DNA from: Nanopusillaceae archaeon
Lineage (GTDB): Archaea > Nanobdellota > Nanobdellia > Nanobdellales > Nanobdellaceae
NCBI GenBank assembly: GCA_049974095.1
Contig: JBMFJD010000005.1
Location: forward strand, 1-32,000
Length of the DNA stretch: 32,000 bases
Reading direction: 5' to 3'
Positions 1 through 8,664 of this stretch are shown in pieces. Position numbers and translations under genes: made by a program. The notes beneath the pieces were generated by a model. The model ran no database searches. It was given only the letters and a program-made list of their open reading frames with translations, and was not told the DNA's origin. How positions within the stretch are numbered: position 1 is the first letter of the stretch; each line of letters opens with the position of its first letter.

Positions 1-155
1 GGAAAGAATAATATTGAAACATTTTTAATTAAAATAAATTTATTTTTTTCATTGAACAAATTTTTTACATCTATTATTTTTAAAATATTCAAATATACAT
101 AACCTAAAGATATAGTAAATATAATCCACAATATTAAATAAGTTGTTTCTAACAT
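1..155 (-). CDS. hypothetical membrane protein, N-terminal fragment running off the window start
   Basis: ATG at 155 (minus) opens MLETTYLILWIIFTISLGYVYLNILKIIDVKNLFNEKNKFILIKNVSILFF with no stop before position 1. The N-terminus is hydrophobic. It is absent from the ORF track because it is truncated. Confidence 0.25.
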   Translation of the reverse strand, partial: MLETTYLILWIIFTISLGYVYLNILKIIDVKNLFNEKNKFILIKNVSILFF

Positions 156-217
156 AAGATTAATTTTTATAGAAAATTTAAAAATCTAGATAAAGTATCT
201 TAATTTTTTATTTTTAT

Positions 218-292
218 TAGCGGGGCCCGGATTTGAACCGGGGACCTGGGGGTTATGAGCCCCCCGGGCACTCCTAGCTGCCCTACCCCGCT
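218..292 (-). tRNA. initiator tRNA-Met (anticodon CAT), contiguous, no intron, CCA not encoded
   Basis: The minus strand reads AGCGGGG-TA-GGGC..GCCC-G-GGGGG-CTCATAA-CCCCC-AGGTC-CCCGG-TTCAAAT-CCGGG-CCCCGCT-A. A1:U72 and the all-G:C anticodon stem are archaeal initiator hallmarks. It forms a GC-rich island in AT-rich DNA. Confidence 0.9.
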
Positions 293-332
293 ATAAAATT
301 AATTAATTTCTAACAATATTTAAAAATCTATA

Positions 333-350
333 AAAATAAAAAAGGAAAAA
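333..350 (-). terminator. oligo-T tract immediately after the alba stop codon
   Basis: Directly after the TAA at 351-353, the minus strand reads TTTTTCCTTTTTTATTTTTA. Archaeal terminators are oligo-T runs. Confidence 0.35.
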
Positions 351-638
351 TTATTTCTTGGATATTACAATCTCTATTGTTGATACTCTTCTTTTCTTTC
401 CGCTCTGATCTACTTGTCTTTCTTCAGAATCTATTTTTATTGAAGATATTTCTACTTGTCCTGCCAAGAATTTTTTCCTTACAACTTCTGCTACATCTAC
501 TGCTCTAGATATAAATCTTCCTCTTGCCTTTATTACAACTTCCTTTGCTTCTTGGCTTGTAAATTGCATTACTACTGCTGTTACATAGTTCATAAAAGGT
601 TTGTTTCCTATGTATATTACACTTTGTTCTGCCATCAT
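351..638 (-). CDS. albA: Alba (Sso10b) chromatin/RNA-binding protein
   Basis: The 95-aa ORF resembles Alba over its full length: VIYIGNKPFMNYVTAVV..KARGRFISRAVDVAEVVRKKF. Confidence 0.93.
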   Translation of the reverse strand: MMAEQSVIYIGNKPFMNYVTAVVMQFTSQEAKEVVIKARGRFISRAVDVAEVVRKKFLAGQVEISSIKIDSEERQVDQSGKKRRVSTIEIVISKK

Positions 639-829
639 GAAGATTGTAATTTCTTAATTTGCCTTGTAATATATCCAGCCAACATATTTCTTAATCTTTT
701 TGATGGCAATACTGTTATAGCTTCCAATATTTTTATATTTTTTCTATAATCTGTTGTAAATAAATCTCCATATTTTTCCAATATTTTTTGAGCTTCTCTC
801 CTAAATTTACCATGAAGTATTCTTCCCAT
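635..829 (-). CDS. rps17e: 30S ribosomal protein eS17
   Basis: MGRI..EKYGDLFTTDY..SKRLRNMLAGYITRQIKK matches the eS17 pattern. Its stop overlaps the alba start (ATGA at 635-638). Confidence 0.9.
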   Translation of the reverse strand: MGRILHGKFRREAQKILEKYGDLFTTDYRKNIKILEAITVLPSKRLRNMLAGYITRQIKKLQSS

Positions 830-852
830 AATTTAACAAATTATTAGATAAA

Positions 853-860
853 TTTATAAA
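853..860 (+). promoter_or_regulatory. TATA box for ppa (leaderless geometry)
   Basis: TTTATAAA is centred about 26 nt upstream of the ppa ATG at 883. The same element and spacing recur upstream of tfe. Confidence 0.4.
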
Positions 861-882
861 AAGTACCCTTAAATTCTATAAA

Positions 883-1398
883 ATGAAAATCGGAAAGAAT
901 CCTCCAGAGGATATAAATGTTTTTATAGAAATACCAAAAGGAAGCAATATAAAATATGAATTTGATAAAGAAGAAAATGCAATAAAGGTAGATAGAATAT
1001 TATATACCGCAATGTTTTATCCATTCAATTATGGATTTATTCCAGAAACATTAGAAGAAGATGGAGATCCATTAGATTGCTTAGTAATAACATATGATAC
1101 ATTTGTACCTGGAGTATTAATTAGAGTAAGACCAATAGGAGTATTAATTACTGAAGATGAAGAAGGAGTTGATAGAAAAATAATTGCAGTTCCACATGAA
1201 AAAATTGATCCAAGATTTTCAAATGTAAAAGATATAAAAGATTTACCAGAAGCAATATTAAATCAAATAAAACATTTTTATGAACATTATAAAGAATTGG
1301 AACCTGGAAAATTCGTAAAAATAAAAGAATTTAAAGGAAAAGAAGAAGCATTAAAAATAATAAAAGAAGCTGCTGAAAGATATAAAAATAAAAAATAA
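883..1398 (+). CDS. ppa: inorganic pyrophosphatase (family I)
   Basis: 171 aa. [37 protein letters not shown] and [12 protein letters not shown] are typical soluble PPase motifs. Confidence 0.93.
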   Translation: MKIGKNPPEDINVFIEIPKGSNIKYEFDKEENAIKVDRILYTAMFYPFNYGFIPETLEEDGDPLDCLVITYDTFVPGVLIRVRPIGVLITEDEEGVDRKIIAVPHEKIDPRFSNVKDIKDLPEAILNQIKHFYEHYKELEPGKFVKIKEFKGKEEALKIIKEAAERYKNKK

Positions 1399-1411
1399 AA
1401 TATATTTTTTA

Positions 1412-1460
1412 GTGAAGAAGCATTACGCTACTGAAATATGATGAACTTCGCCGATACTGA
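1412..1460 (+). ncRNA. C/D-box sRNA (2'-O-methylation guide)
   Basis: GTGAAGA (box C, 1 mismatch) at 1412-1418; 12-nt guide AGCATTACGCTA; CTGA (D') at 1431-1434; AAT; ATGATGA (C') at 1438-1444; 12-nt guide ACTTCGCCGATA; CTGA (D) at 1457-1460. TATAAAAA at 1381-1388 lies about 26 nt upstream of the 5' end. Confidence 0.65.
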
Positions 1461-2530
1461 TGATAATTAAAGAGAGTTTTGAGAAACATTTTAGAGAATT
1501 ATTAGGAGATAAATATGAATCATTTTTACAATGGTCATTTAAATTATTAAAAAAATCAATAAGAATTAATACAATAAAAGTAAAGGATGATATAAATTTT
1601 GAAAATTTAAAAGAAATATTATTGGAAAAACAGGACCATTTAAGGGAAAAAGAATTAAAAGAAATATCTGAAAAAATAGATAATTTATATAATTTAAAAC
1701 AAAATCCTTTTAAATTAGATATTTCTGCAAAGGAAATATTATCTAGATTAAAAGAATATGGATGGGAAATTGAAAGAATTCCATTTTATAAATATGGTTT
1801 CTGGGTTAAGGGGGAAAGAAGGGATATTGGAAATATTATAGAATTCCAATTAGGATATTATTATCCACAGGAAGCTGCTTCAATGATACCTGTTATTGCA
1901 TTGGATCCAAAGAAAGATGATTTGGTATTAGATCTTGCAGCAGCTCCAGGTTCTAAAACAACACAAATTGCAATGCATATGGAAAATGAAGGATTAATAA
2001 TTGCAAATGATGCATCAATTGATAGAATAAAAGCATTGGGAGAGAATTTACAAAGACAAGGAGTATTAAATACTATTGTTACAATGATTGATGGAAGAAA
2101 AATAAATAAATTAAATCTAAAATTTGATAAAATATTGTTAGATGCTCCATGTTCAGGAACTGGTGCAATAAGGAAATCTTATAAAACTGTCCAAATGTTT
2201 AATGAAGATACAATAAATAGATTAAGTAGATTACAGAAACAATTAATATTATCTGCATTTGATTCATTAAAAGATAACGGTACCTTAATTTATTCTACAT
2301 GTTCTATAGAACCGTTTGAAAATGAATTTGTAATAGATTATTTATTAAAGAAAAGAGAAAATGCAAAAATAGAAAAAATAAATATTCCAAATTTAAAAAG
2401 ATCAGAAATTATAAGCGAATATAAAGGATTTAAATTAGAACATGAGGAAGAAATAAAGAAAACAATAAGGATATGGCCATGGGATAATGATACTGAAGGT
2501 TTCTATATTGCAAAAATAAGAAAAGAATAG
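1460..2530 (+). CDS. NOL1/NOP2/Sun-family RNA cytosine-C5 methyltransferase
   Basis: SAM pocket LDLAAAPGSKTTQIA, and catalytic Cys motifs DAPCSGTGAIRK and LIYSTCSIEPFENE. Confidence 0.9.
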   Translation: MIIKESFEKHFRELLGDKYESFLQWSFKLLKKSIRINTIKVKDDINFENLKEILLEKQDHLREKELKEISEKIDNLYNLKQNPFKLDISAKEILSRLKEYGWEIERIPFYKYGFWVKGERRDIGNIIEFQLGYYYPQEAASMIPVIALDPKKDDLVLDLAAAPGSKTTQIAMHMENEGLIIANDASIDRIKALGENLQRQGVLNTIVTMIDGRKINKLNLKFDKILLDAPCSGTGAIRKSYKTVQMFNEDTINRLSRLQKQLILSAFDSLKDNGTLIYSTCSIEPFENEFVIDYLLKKRENAKIEKINIPNLKRSEIISEYKGFKLEHEEEIKKTIRIWPWDNDTEGFYIAKIRKE

Positions 2531-2562
2531 ATTTTTAAAGATATATTTTAGAATATAAAAAA

Positions 2563-3528
2563 ATGAGTTATTGTTACCCAATAGATACAAATAAATTAGA
2601 CAATATTATTTTCTTTATTTCTCCATTTATGGAATTTAAAGAAAAAGAAGAAATAGAGGAAAAAATAAAAACGACCGCTAAATTAAATGGATGTTCTTTT
2701 ATAAAAAATTTGGAAAGAACATTATTAGAATATTATGTAATAAAATATATAGATATAAATGATTTAGCTAAAAAAATTATTAATAAATTATTTAAATATC
2801 TAGATATAAAAAATTATGTAGATATTTTAAGAAATCTTAGTCCGGAAGAAATAGCAAAGATATTACCAGATAAAAATAACTTAATAGAATATAATAGAGA
2901 ACTAAGAAAAAATTCAAAATTAAATTTATATTCAAATGTTGATTATAGAATATTAAAATATTTATCTTTAGGATTGATTAGGATATTAGACAAAAGTTAT
3001 GGATACAATATTTCAGAAAAAGATCTAAAAACTTTAGAAAATATGTTGGAAAATATATTTAATGATAAAAAAATATTACAAAGATTAGAAAAAATATCAG
3101 ATCTTCTTGAAAAAAGATATGGAAAAGATATAGCAAAAGAATTTATTTCACCTATTATAGATATGATCCTAGATTATAATAATTATAATAAAGCAAAAGA
3201 TTTTATGAATGTAAATATAAATGATTATATACTTTATTATATTAATTTGCTAGAAATATTAGGAGAAGCTTTTAAAGAAAGAATTCCAAGTTTATACAAT
3301 TTCTTAAGCTTTATTAGATATCTATCCTATTATCTACCAGAAGAATATTTAGAAATATCTGGAAAAATTATTTACAAATATGAAAAAAATATTCTAAATA
3401 TAGATATATTAGAAAAAATTGGAGAATATTTCTATAGCTTATTAGAAAGAAGCAGAGGAAATATTGTAGATGATTTAATAACCTTATCTAAAATAGCAAA
3501 AAATGAATTAGACGGATCTTCATTTTAA
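2563..3528 (+). CDS. hypothetical protein (all-alpha, K/E/I/N-rich)
   Basis: 321-aa ORF with coding-like periodicity and no motif I recognise. Its stop (3526-3528) abuts the tRNA-Arg 3' end. Confidence 0.5.
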   Translation: MSYCYPIDTNKLDNIIFFISPFMEFKEKEEIEEKIKTTAKLNGCSFIKNLERTLLEYYVIKYIDINDLAKKIINKLFKYLDIKNYVDILRNLSPEEIAKILPDKNNLIEYNRELRKNSKLNLYSNVDYRILKYLSLGLIRILDKSYGYNISEKDLKTLENMLENIFNDKKILQRLEKISDLLEKRYGKDIAKEFISPIIDMILDYNNYNKAKDFMNVNINDYILYYINLLEILGEAFKERIPSLYNFLSFIRYLSYYLPEEYLEISGKIIYKYEKNILNIDILEKIGEYFYSLLERSRGNIVDDLITLSKIAKNELDGSSF

Positions 3529-3603
3529 CGCCCCCGCGGGGATTCGAACCCCGGATCTCCAGGACCGAAGCCCGGAATGTTGTCCTGGCTACACTACGGG
3601 GGC
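3529..3603 (-). tRNA. tRNA-Arg (anticodon TCG)
   Basis: The minus strand reads GCCCCCG-TA-GTGT-AGCCAGGACA-ACAT-T-CCGGG-CTTCGGT-CCTGG-AGATC-CGGGG-TTCGAAT-CCCCG-CGGGGGC-G, a complete cloverleaf. Confidence 0.9.
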
Positions 3604-5112
3604 TCTATTATATATTTCTTCTAAATATTTTTTATAGTATTCATCAAAATATTGATCAAAATTATAATTTATATTATATTTTCTTGCTAAATAATTGTAT
3701 ATATCAATTACTCTTTTAGGATAATTTTTATTTGGTGAAGAATTTGCTAATTTTTTATATTCAAACATTTTACTAAATATATTTTCTCTTTTAATTTCTT
3801 TTTCAATTGAAAATTCATTTGATACATTATTTATTTCATATGTAGATTCGAATCTTCCAAAATTAAATTTTGCATATTCTTCCGGATTAAATACATTCAT
3901 TAAATAATCTGAAAAATACTTATCATATATTATATTTGGTAAAAATAATCCTAAAGATAGATATGGATTTATTATTGATGAATAATTATCTCCTAAAGGG
4001 ATATAAAATGAAATATCATTTAAATTAAATAAATTTGAAATATATCTAATATTTTTTCCTAAAATTGATAATTCTTCATATGAAATTTTTTCAATTATAT
4101 ATTTTGCTATATTATAATTTTTCTCAGAAGATATATTATTTATATCTAATGAAGGTTTTTCAATATCTTTTATATTTACTTTTCCCAAATTTATTCCTTC
4201 AAATATTAAACCTAAAATATATCCTAAATATAATGTATCTAGACCATATTTGTTTGAAGTATAAATTAAATCTGATATTAATTTTTCATCAAATATTCCA
4301 ATAAATGGTCCCAACATATTAAATGGCTCATATGGATAGTCTTTCTTTAAATTTCTTATTAATGGATCTATATAATCATTAAATAATTTTTTATTTTCTT
4401 CTTCACTTAAATATATATTTCTATAATTTAATAAAGGAATTTTTTCTGGTATTAATTCATATACATCTCTTATTGATTCATGATATTTTTCTTCCTCTCC
4501 AAATTCTAATTTCTTTATTTCAATTTTATTATCTCCTCCAATTGATAATCCTGTAATATTATGATAATTATATAATATTGATCCAATTCCACCTTTTGTT
4601 GCCTTTATTTTATCTCCTTCAAATATTATTAAATTTCCGTATATTGTATATTTTGATCCAAGTCCTTCTAATAAGATAATAAAATCTTTTCCAGAATAAA
4701 TATCCTTTAATGTATTATATAATTCTTCCTTTTTCTTAAAGATATCCTCTTGTATTTCATCTTCTAAAAATATAACATTATCATTTTCAATAATTAAAAA
4801 ATATTTCTTATCTGCTCTTCCTTTTAATATTATTAAATCATCTCCTGTTAATTTAATATATTTTCCAAATGAAGATAAACTTATATCTAAAGAATTTGTT
4901 ATTGGAGACCTATATATTATTAATGAATTTATGTTTTCTCTATCTTTTATATATCCTAAAGAAAATATTGTTAAATTATTTTCATATGGTTCCTTTTCAT
5001 ATGTTTTATATATATCTGTATGTAATTTTATTGAATAATTTAATGTTTTTTCTTCAATTAATTCATTTTTTATTTCTTTCTTATCAAGATCTATAAGCAA
5101 TGTTCTTATCAT
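3589..5112 (-). CDS. aldehyde:ferredoxin oxidoreductase (AOR)-family-like protein, cysteine-free
   Basis: N-terminal RTLLIDLDKKEI resembles the AOR N-terminal strand. TKGGIGSILYNYHNITGLSIGG resembles GGLGAVMGSKNLKAI.V.G. LGPFIGIFDEKLISDLIYTSNKYGLDTLYLGYILGLIFEG resembles the ..GLDTIS.G..IA.AME region. The 507 aa contain no Cys at all. Confidence 0.5.
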   Translation of the reverse strand: MIRTLLIDLDKKEIKNELIEEKTLNYSIKLHTDIYKTYEKEPYENNLTIFSLGYIKDRENINSLIIYRSPITNSLDISLSSFGKYIKLTGDDLIILKGRADKKYFLIIENDNVIFLEDEIQEDIFKKKEELYNTLKDIYSGKDFIILLEGLGSKYTIYGNLIIFEGDKIKATKGGIGSILYNYHNITGLSIGGDNKIEIKKLEFGEEEKYHESIRDVYELIPEKIPLLNYRNIYLSEEENKKLFNDYIDPLIRNLKKDYPYEPFNMLGPFIGIFDEKLISDLIYTSNKYGLDTLYLGYILGLIFEGINLGKVNIKDIEKPSLDINNISSEKNYNIAKYIIEKISYEELSILGKNIRYISNLFNLNDISFYIPLGDNYSSIINPYLSLGLFLPNIIYDKYFSDYLMNVFNPEEYAKFNFGRFESTYEINNVSNEFSIEKEIKRENIFSKMFEYKKLANSSPNKNYPKRVIDIYNYLARKYNINYNFDQYFDEYYKKYLEEIYNRAPVV

Positions 5113-5147
5113 AATAAGATAAAAGTTCTAAAACAATATTAATTTAA

Positions 5148-5230
5148 GGACCCGTGCCCGAGTGGTCGAAGGGGCTCGGTTCAGGTCCGAGTGGCGAGAG
5201 CCTTCCGGGGTTCGAATCCCCGCGGGTCCA
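5148..5230 (+). tRNA. tRNA-Leu (anticodon CAG), class II with long variable arm
   Basis: GGACCCG..CTCGG-TTCAGGT-CCGAG-TGGCGAGAGCCTTC-CGGGG-TTCGAAT-CCCCG-CGGGTCC-A. Confidence 0.9.
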
Positions 5231-5267
5231 TTACTTTTTTCTATTAATTATAAAATATAATATATAT

Positions 5268-5350
5268 GCGGCGGTGCCCGAGAGGCCAAAGGGGGTCGGT
5301 TGAGGTCCGACTGGAGAGATCCGTCAGGGGTTCGAATCCCCTCCGCCGCA
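5268..5350 (+). tRNA. tRNA-Leu (anticodon GAG), class II with long variable arm
   Basis: GCGGCGG..GTCGG-TTGAGGT-CCGAC-TGGAGAGATCCGTC-AGGGG-TTCGAAT-CCCCT-CCGCCGC-A. It sits in tandem with the CAG isoacceptor behind a 37-nt AT-rich spacer. Confidence 0.9.
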
Positions 5351-5354
5351 AAAA

Positions 5355-5852
5355 TTAACTTTTATTATTTTCTGAATCTTTTTTATTTAAACTATTTGTT
5401 ATTTTTAATTTTGTTACATTTTTCTTTTTATTAAATCCTAATAAAAAGTAAAGGTTTAAAATAAATAAAATATCACTAATAATTAATAATATAACTCCTA
5501 ATTCAAACATATTTAATTTAAATAATGGAGCTATTGTTGCTAATAATATTGCAAAAGATCCTGTTCCACATCCAACTAAACATCCTTGTAATCCAACAAA
5601 ACCAAATAATGCAGAAATAAATGAAACTAAACTTCCTTTATGGAATTTCTTATAATTTATTATAATAAATGTAATTAAAGAAAAGTTTAAAGAAAATAAA
5701 ATAACAAACAAAATAGCAAAAATCTCAACATATAGAAATTCTAAAATTAATCCTAAATAAATACTCCTTATATATAAATAACCAATTATTGCAAAAACTA
5801 TTAATGATATAATTCCATATTTATTTTTTATCATTTCCTTAATTAAATTCAT
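5355..5852 (-). CDS. hypothetical integral membrane protein (about 4 TM helices)
   Basis: 165 aa with long hydrophobic segments, a GLQGCLVGCGTG motif inside a TM segment and a K/N-rich tail. No family recognised. Confidence 0.55.
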   Translation of the reverse strand: MNLIKEMIKNKYGIISLIVFAIIGYLYIRSIYLGLILEFLYVEIFAILFVILFSLNFSLITFIIINYKKFHKGSLVSFISALFGFVGLQGCLVGCGTGSFAILLATIAPLFKLNMFELGVILLIISDILFILNLYFLLGFNKKKNVTKLKITNSLNKKDSENNKS

Positions 5853-5904
5853 ATAACTAACTTATAATAAAAAAATTTATAAGATAATTAAAAAATAATA
5901 AAGA

Positions 5905-7348
5905 ATGGATAAAAACTCCCGGTGCAATTTACATATATAATACATTAACAAAAGAAAAAGAAATATTTGAACCAATAGAATATCCTTTTGTAAAAATATA
6001 TCATTGTGGGATAACACCTTATGATTTTTCACATATTGGACATCTAAGATCGGAAATATCTTTAGATATAATAAGGAGGATATTTAGATTCTTTGGATAT
6101 ATTGATATAGTAATAAGTAATTTTACAGATATTGATGATAAAATAATAAAAAGAGCTAGAGAAGAAAATTTATTAAATAATTGGCATTCAATTCCAGAAA
6201 AATATATTAAATATCATTTGGAACAAATAAAAAGATTGAGAAATTTACCAATGCATATAAATCCATTAGTTACAGAACATATAAATGATATTGTAAATTT
6301 TGTAAAAGATTTAATTGATAAAGGATATGCATACAAAGGAAAATATAGCATTTATTTTGATGTAGATAAATATCAATATTATGGACAATTATCTGGAACA
6401 AAAAAAGAACAATGGAATCAGGAAAATGAATTTTTAGAAGATAAAAAACATCCATATGATTTTGCACTATGGAAATTTAAAAAAGAAGGAGAACCATATT
6501 GGAATACTGAAATTGGAGAAGGAAGACCTGGTTGGCATATTGAATGCTCTACAATGTCTTCAAAATATTTAGGAACCCAATTTGATATTCATTCTGGAGG
6601 TCAAGATTTAATATTTCCACATCATGAAAATGAAATTGCACAATCTGAATCAAGATTTAATATTCATCCATGGGTTAGATATTGGTTACACTTTGGATTT
6701 GTAAAAATTAAAGGAGAAAAAATGTCAAAATCTTTGGGAAATATTATCCCTGCAAAAGAATTTTTAGATAAATATGGAGAAGATATAACAAGATTTTATA
6801 TAAGTTCTTATCATTATAGAGAACCAATTGATATAAATGAAGAAAGTATAAACCAAGCTAAAGAAAATTATAAATATATAAGTTCAACAATAAAAACAAT
6901 TGTAAATGAGATAAATTCTTTAGATAGAGCATTCTATTTAGATGATAATAAACAAAAGATATGGAAAGAAATGTTAAATTATGAAAAAGAATTTGTAGAT
7001 AGTTTGAAAGATGATTTTAACACAGAAAAAGCAACAAAGATATTATTAGAATTTACAAAATATGTAAATAAAAATGTTATTGGATCTGAAACATTTACAT
7101 TATATTATACTGCATATGAATTTTATAATATTGCAAGTAAAATTTATGGATTATGGGAGGATATATTTTATGGAAAAGAAAGAGATAATAATCTAATCAA
7201 TAATTTAATAAATATAATAATAGAAGTTAGAAAAGAACTTAGAAAAAACAAAAATTATGAATTATCTGATAAAATAAGAGAAATGATGAGAAATATTGGT
7301 ATTGATCTATTAGATAAGGGAGAAGAGACAATATATAGATTTATATAA
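5905..7348 (+). CDS. cysS: cysteinyl-tRNA synthetase; the 5' end needs a 1-nt shift or a non-canonical start
   Basis: The frame of ORF 6218..7348 stays open back to 5888 and encodes IYIYNTLTKEKEIFEP..CGITPYDFSHIGHLR (HIGH at 6032-6043). KMSKS lies at 6719-6733, with GWHIECS and HHENEIAQ also present. The only ATG (5905) is one frame off. Confidence 0.88.
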
Positions 7349-7464
7349 TTTAATTTTGTAATATATTCTATGGCCTGTGGAAGAGGTAGAAAAAAATCTT
7401 CTAGTTCTGAGAACAAAAAATAAAGCCAATAACAATTTTTAATTTTTTTATCAATTTTTAAAAA

Positions 7465-8664
7465 ATGGATGAAATAATATATCCAGATCTATCAATAATA
7501 ATATTGGGACATGTTGATCATGGAAAAACAACACTAGCAAAAGCATTAACTGGTGAATGGCTATCAAAACATTCTGAAGAAATAAAGAGAGGATTAACAA
7601 TTAAGTTAGGATATTCTGATTTTACAATATATAAATGTGAAGAACATGGATATTTTACTGAAAAAATATGTCCAATATGTAATAAGGAAAATAAACCTGT
7701 TAGAAGGATATCAATTGTTGATGCTCCAGGTCATGAAAGTTTATTAATGGTAATGCTAACTGGTGCTGCAATTGTAGATGCTGCAATATTAGTAATTGCT
7801 GCAAATGAACCTGTTCCTCAACCACAAACATTAGAACATCTGGTTGCATTTAAATATTTAGGAAATAAACCATTAATTATTGTACAAAATAAAATTGATC
7901 TAGTAACAAAGGAAGAAGCAATAAAAAATTATAAAGAAATATTAAATCTTTTGGATAAATTAAACATTGATAAAAATAAAGTAAAAATAATACCAATTTC
8001 TGCAATAAATAATGTAAATATGAAATATTTATTAGAAGAATTAGTAAATTTACCAAAACCTGAAAAAGATGAAAATTCAGATCCCTTATTTTTAATTTCA
8101 AGATCTTTTGATGTAAATAAACCAGGTACTGATATTGAAAAACTAGCTGGAGGAATACTAGGTGGAAGTTTATTAAAAGGAAAGATAAAGAAGGGAGAAA
8201 TAATTGAAATAAGACCTGGATTGTTTTTAAATAATAAATGGGTACCAATTAAAACAAAAGTTGTATCTTTAAAACAAGGAGATAAAGATGTAGATGAAAT
8301 ACTACCAAGAGGAACTGCAGGAATTGGAACAGAATTAGATCCATTTGTTACAAAAGAAGATACATTATCTGGACAAATTGCTGGATATGAAAATAAATTA
8401 CCTCCACAATATGATAATATTAAAGTAAAATATGAAGTAATAAAGGAATTATTTAATGAAAATGAAAAAATGCAAAGGGGAGAGGAAATAATGGTTGGAG
8501 TTTATAATATTATTTCTGATGGAATTGTAAAAAATGTTGAAAAGAATAATATAATTGAAATAAAATTAAACAAACCTATTTTAGGATATAAAGGAGATAA
8601 AGTAATAATTTTAAGAAAAATAAATAAAAGATGGAAAATATTTGCAGTTGGTAATTTATTATGA
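7465..8664 (+). CDS. eif2g: translation initiation factor aIF2 gamma subunit
   Basis: GHVDHGKTTL (G1), DAPGHE (G3), QNKIDL (G4) and the Zn-knuckle insert CEEH..CPIC. 399 aa. Confidence 0.93.
   Translation: MDEIIYPDLSIIILGHVDHGKTTLAKALTGEWLSKHSEEIKRGLTIKLGYSDFTIYKCEEHGYFTEKICPICNKENKPVRRISIVDAPGHESLLMVMLTGAAIVDAAILVIAANEPVPQPQTLEHLVAFKYLGNKPLIIVQNKIDLVTKEEAIKNYKEILNLLDKLNIDKNKVKIIPISAINNVNMKYLLEELVNLPKPEKDENSDPLFLISRSFDVNKPGTDIEKLAGGILGGSLLKGKIKKGEIIEIRPGLFLNNKWVPIKTKVVSLKQGDKDVDEILPRGTAGIGTELDPFVTKEDTLSGQIAGYENKLPPQYDNIKVKYEVIKELFNENEKMQRGEEIMVGVYNIISDGIVKNVEKNNIIEIKLNKPILGYKGDKVIILRKINKRWKIFAVGNLL

Noticed and set aside
456-749. 97-aa plus-strand ORF antisense to alba/rps17e. Similar shadow ORFs occur at 4065-4304, 4869-5096, 6270-6467, 7877-8248, 8780-8965, 10599-10862, 18384-18689, 19881-20147, 21450-21632, 21745-21945, 22103-22357, 24218-24430, 26505-26711, 27416-27613, 27977-28195, 30436-30645 and 31550-31765.
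   Set aside because: All lie antisense to, or out of frame within, well-supported genes. They have F/L/I/Y/C-rich nonsense composition typical of the antisense of AT-rich coding DNA, and no recognisable motifs.
1458-1463. A second TGATGA overlapping box D, as a possible box C of a tandem (double) C/D sRNA.
   Set aside because: No downstream CTGA or D-like box at the required spacing. The hexamer is explained by box D plus the ATG of the methyltransferase.
7370-7423. 17-codon mini-ORF (MACGRGRKKSSSSENKK) in a slightly GC-enriched patch of the cysS-eif2g spacer. It was also inspected as a possible C/D sRNA or tRNA half.
   Set aside because: No C/C' box, only one CTGA, and only a weak GAAGA/TCTTC hairpin. 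It is too short and not similar to any small ribosomal protein I know, so it cannot be supported from sequence alone.
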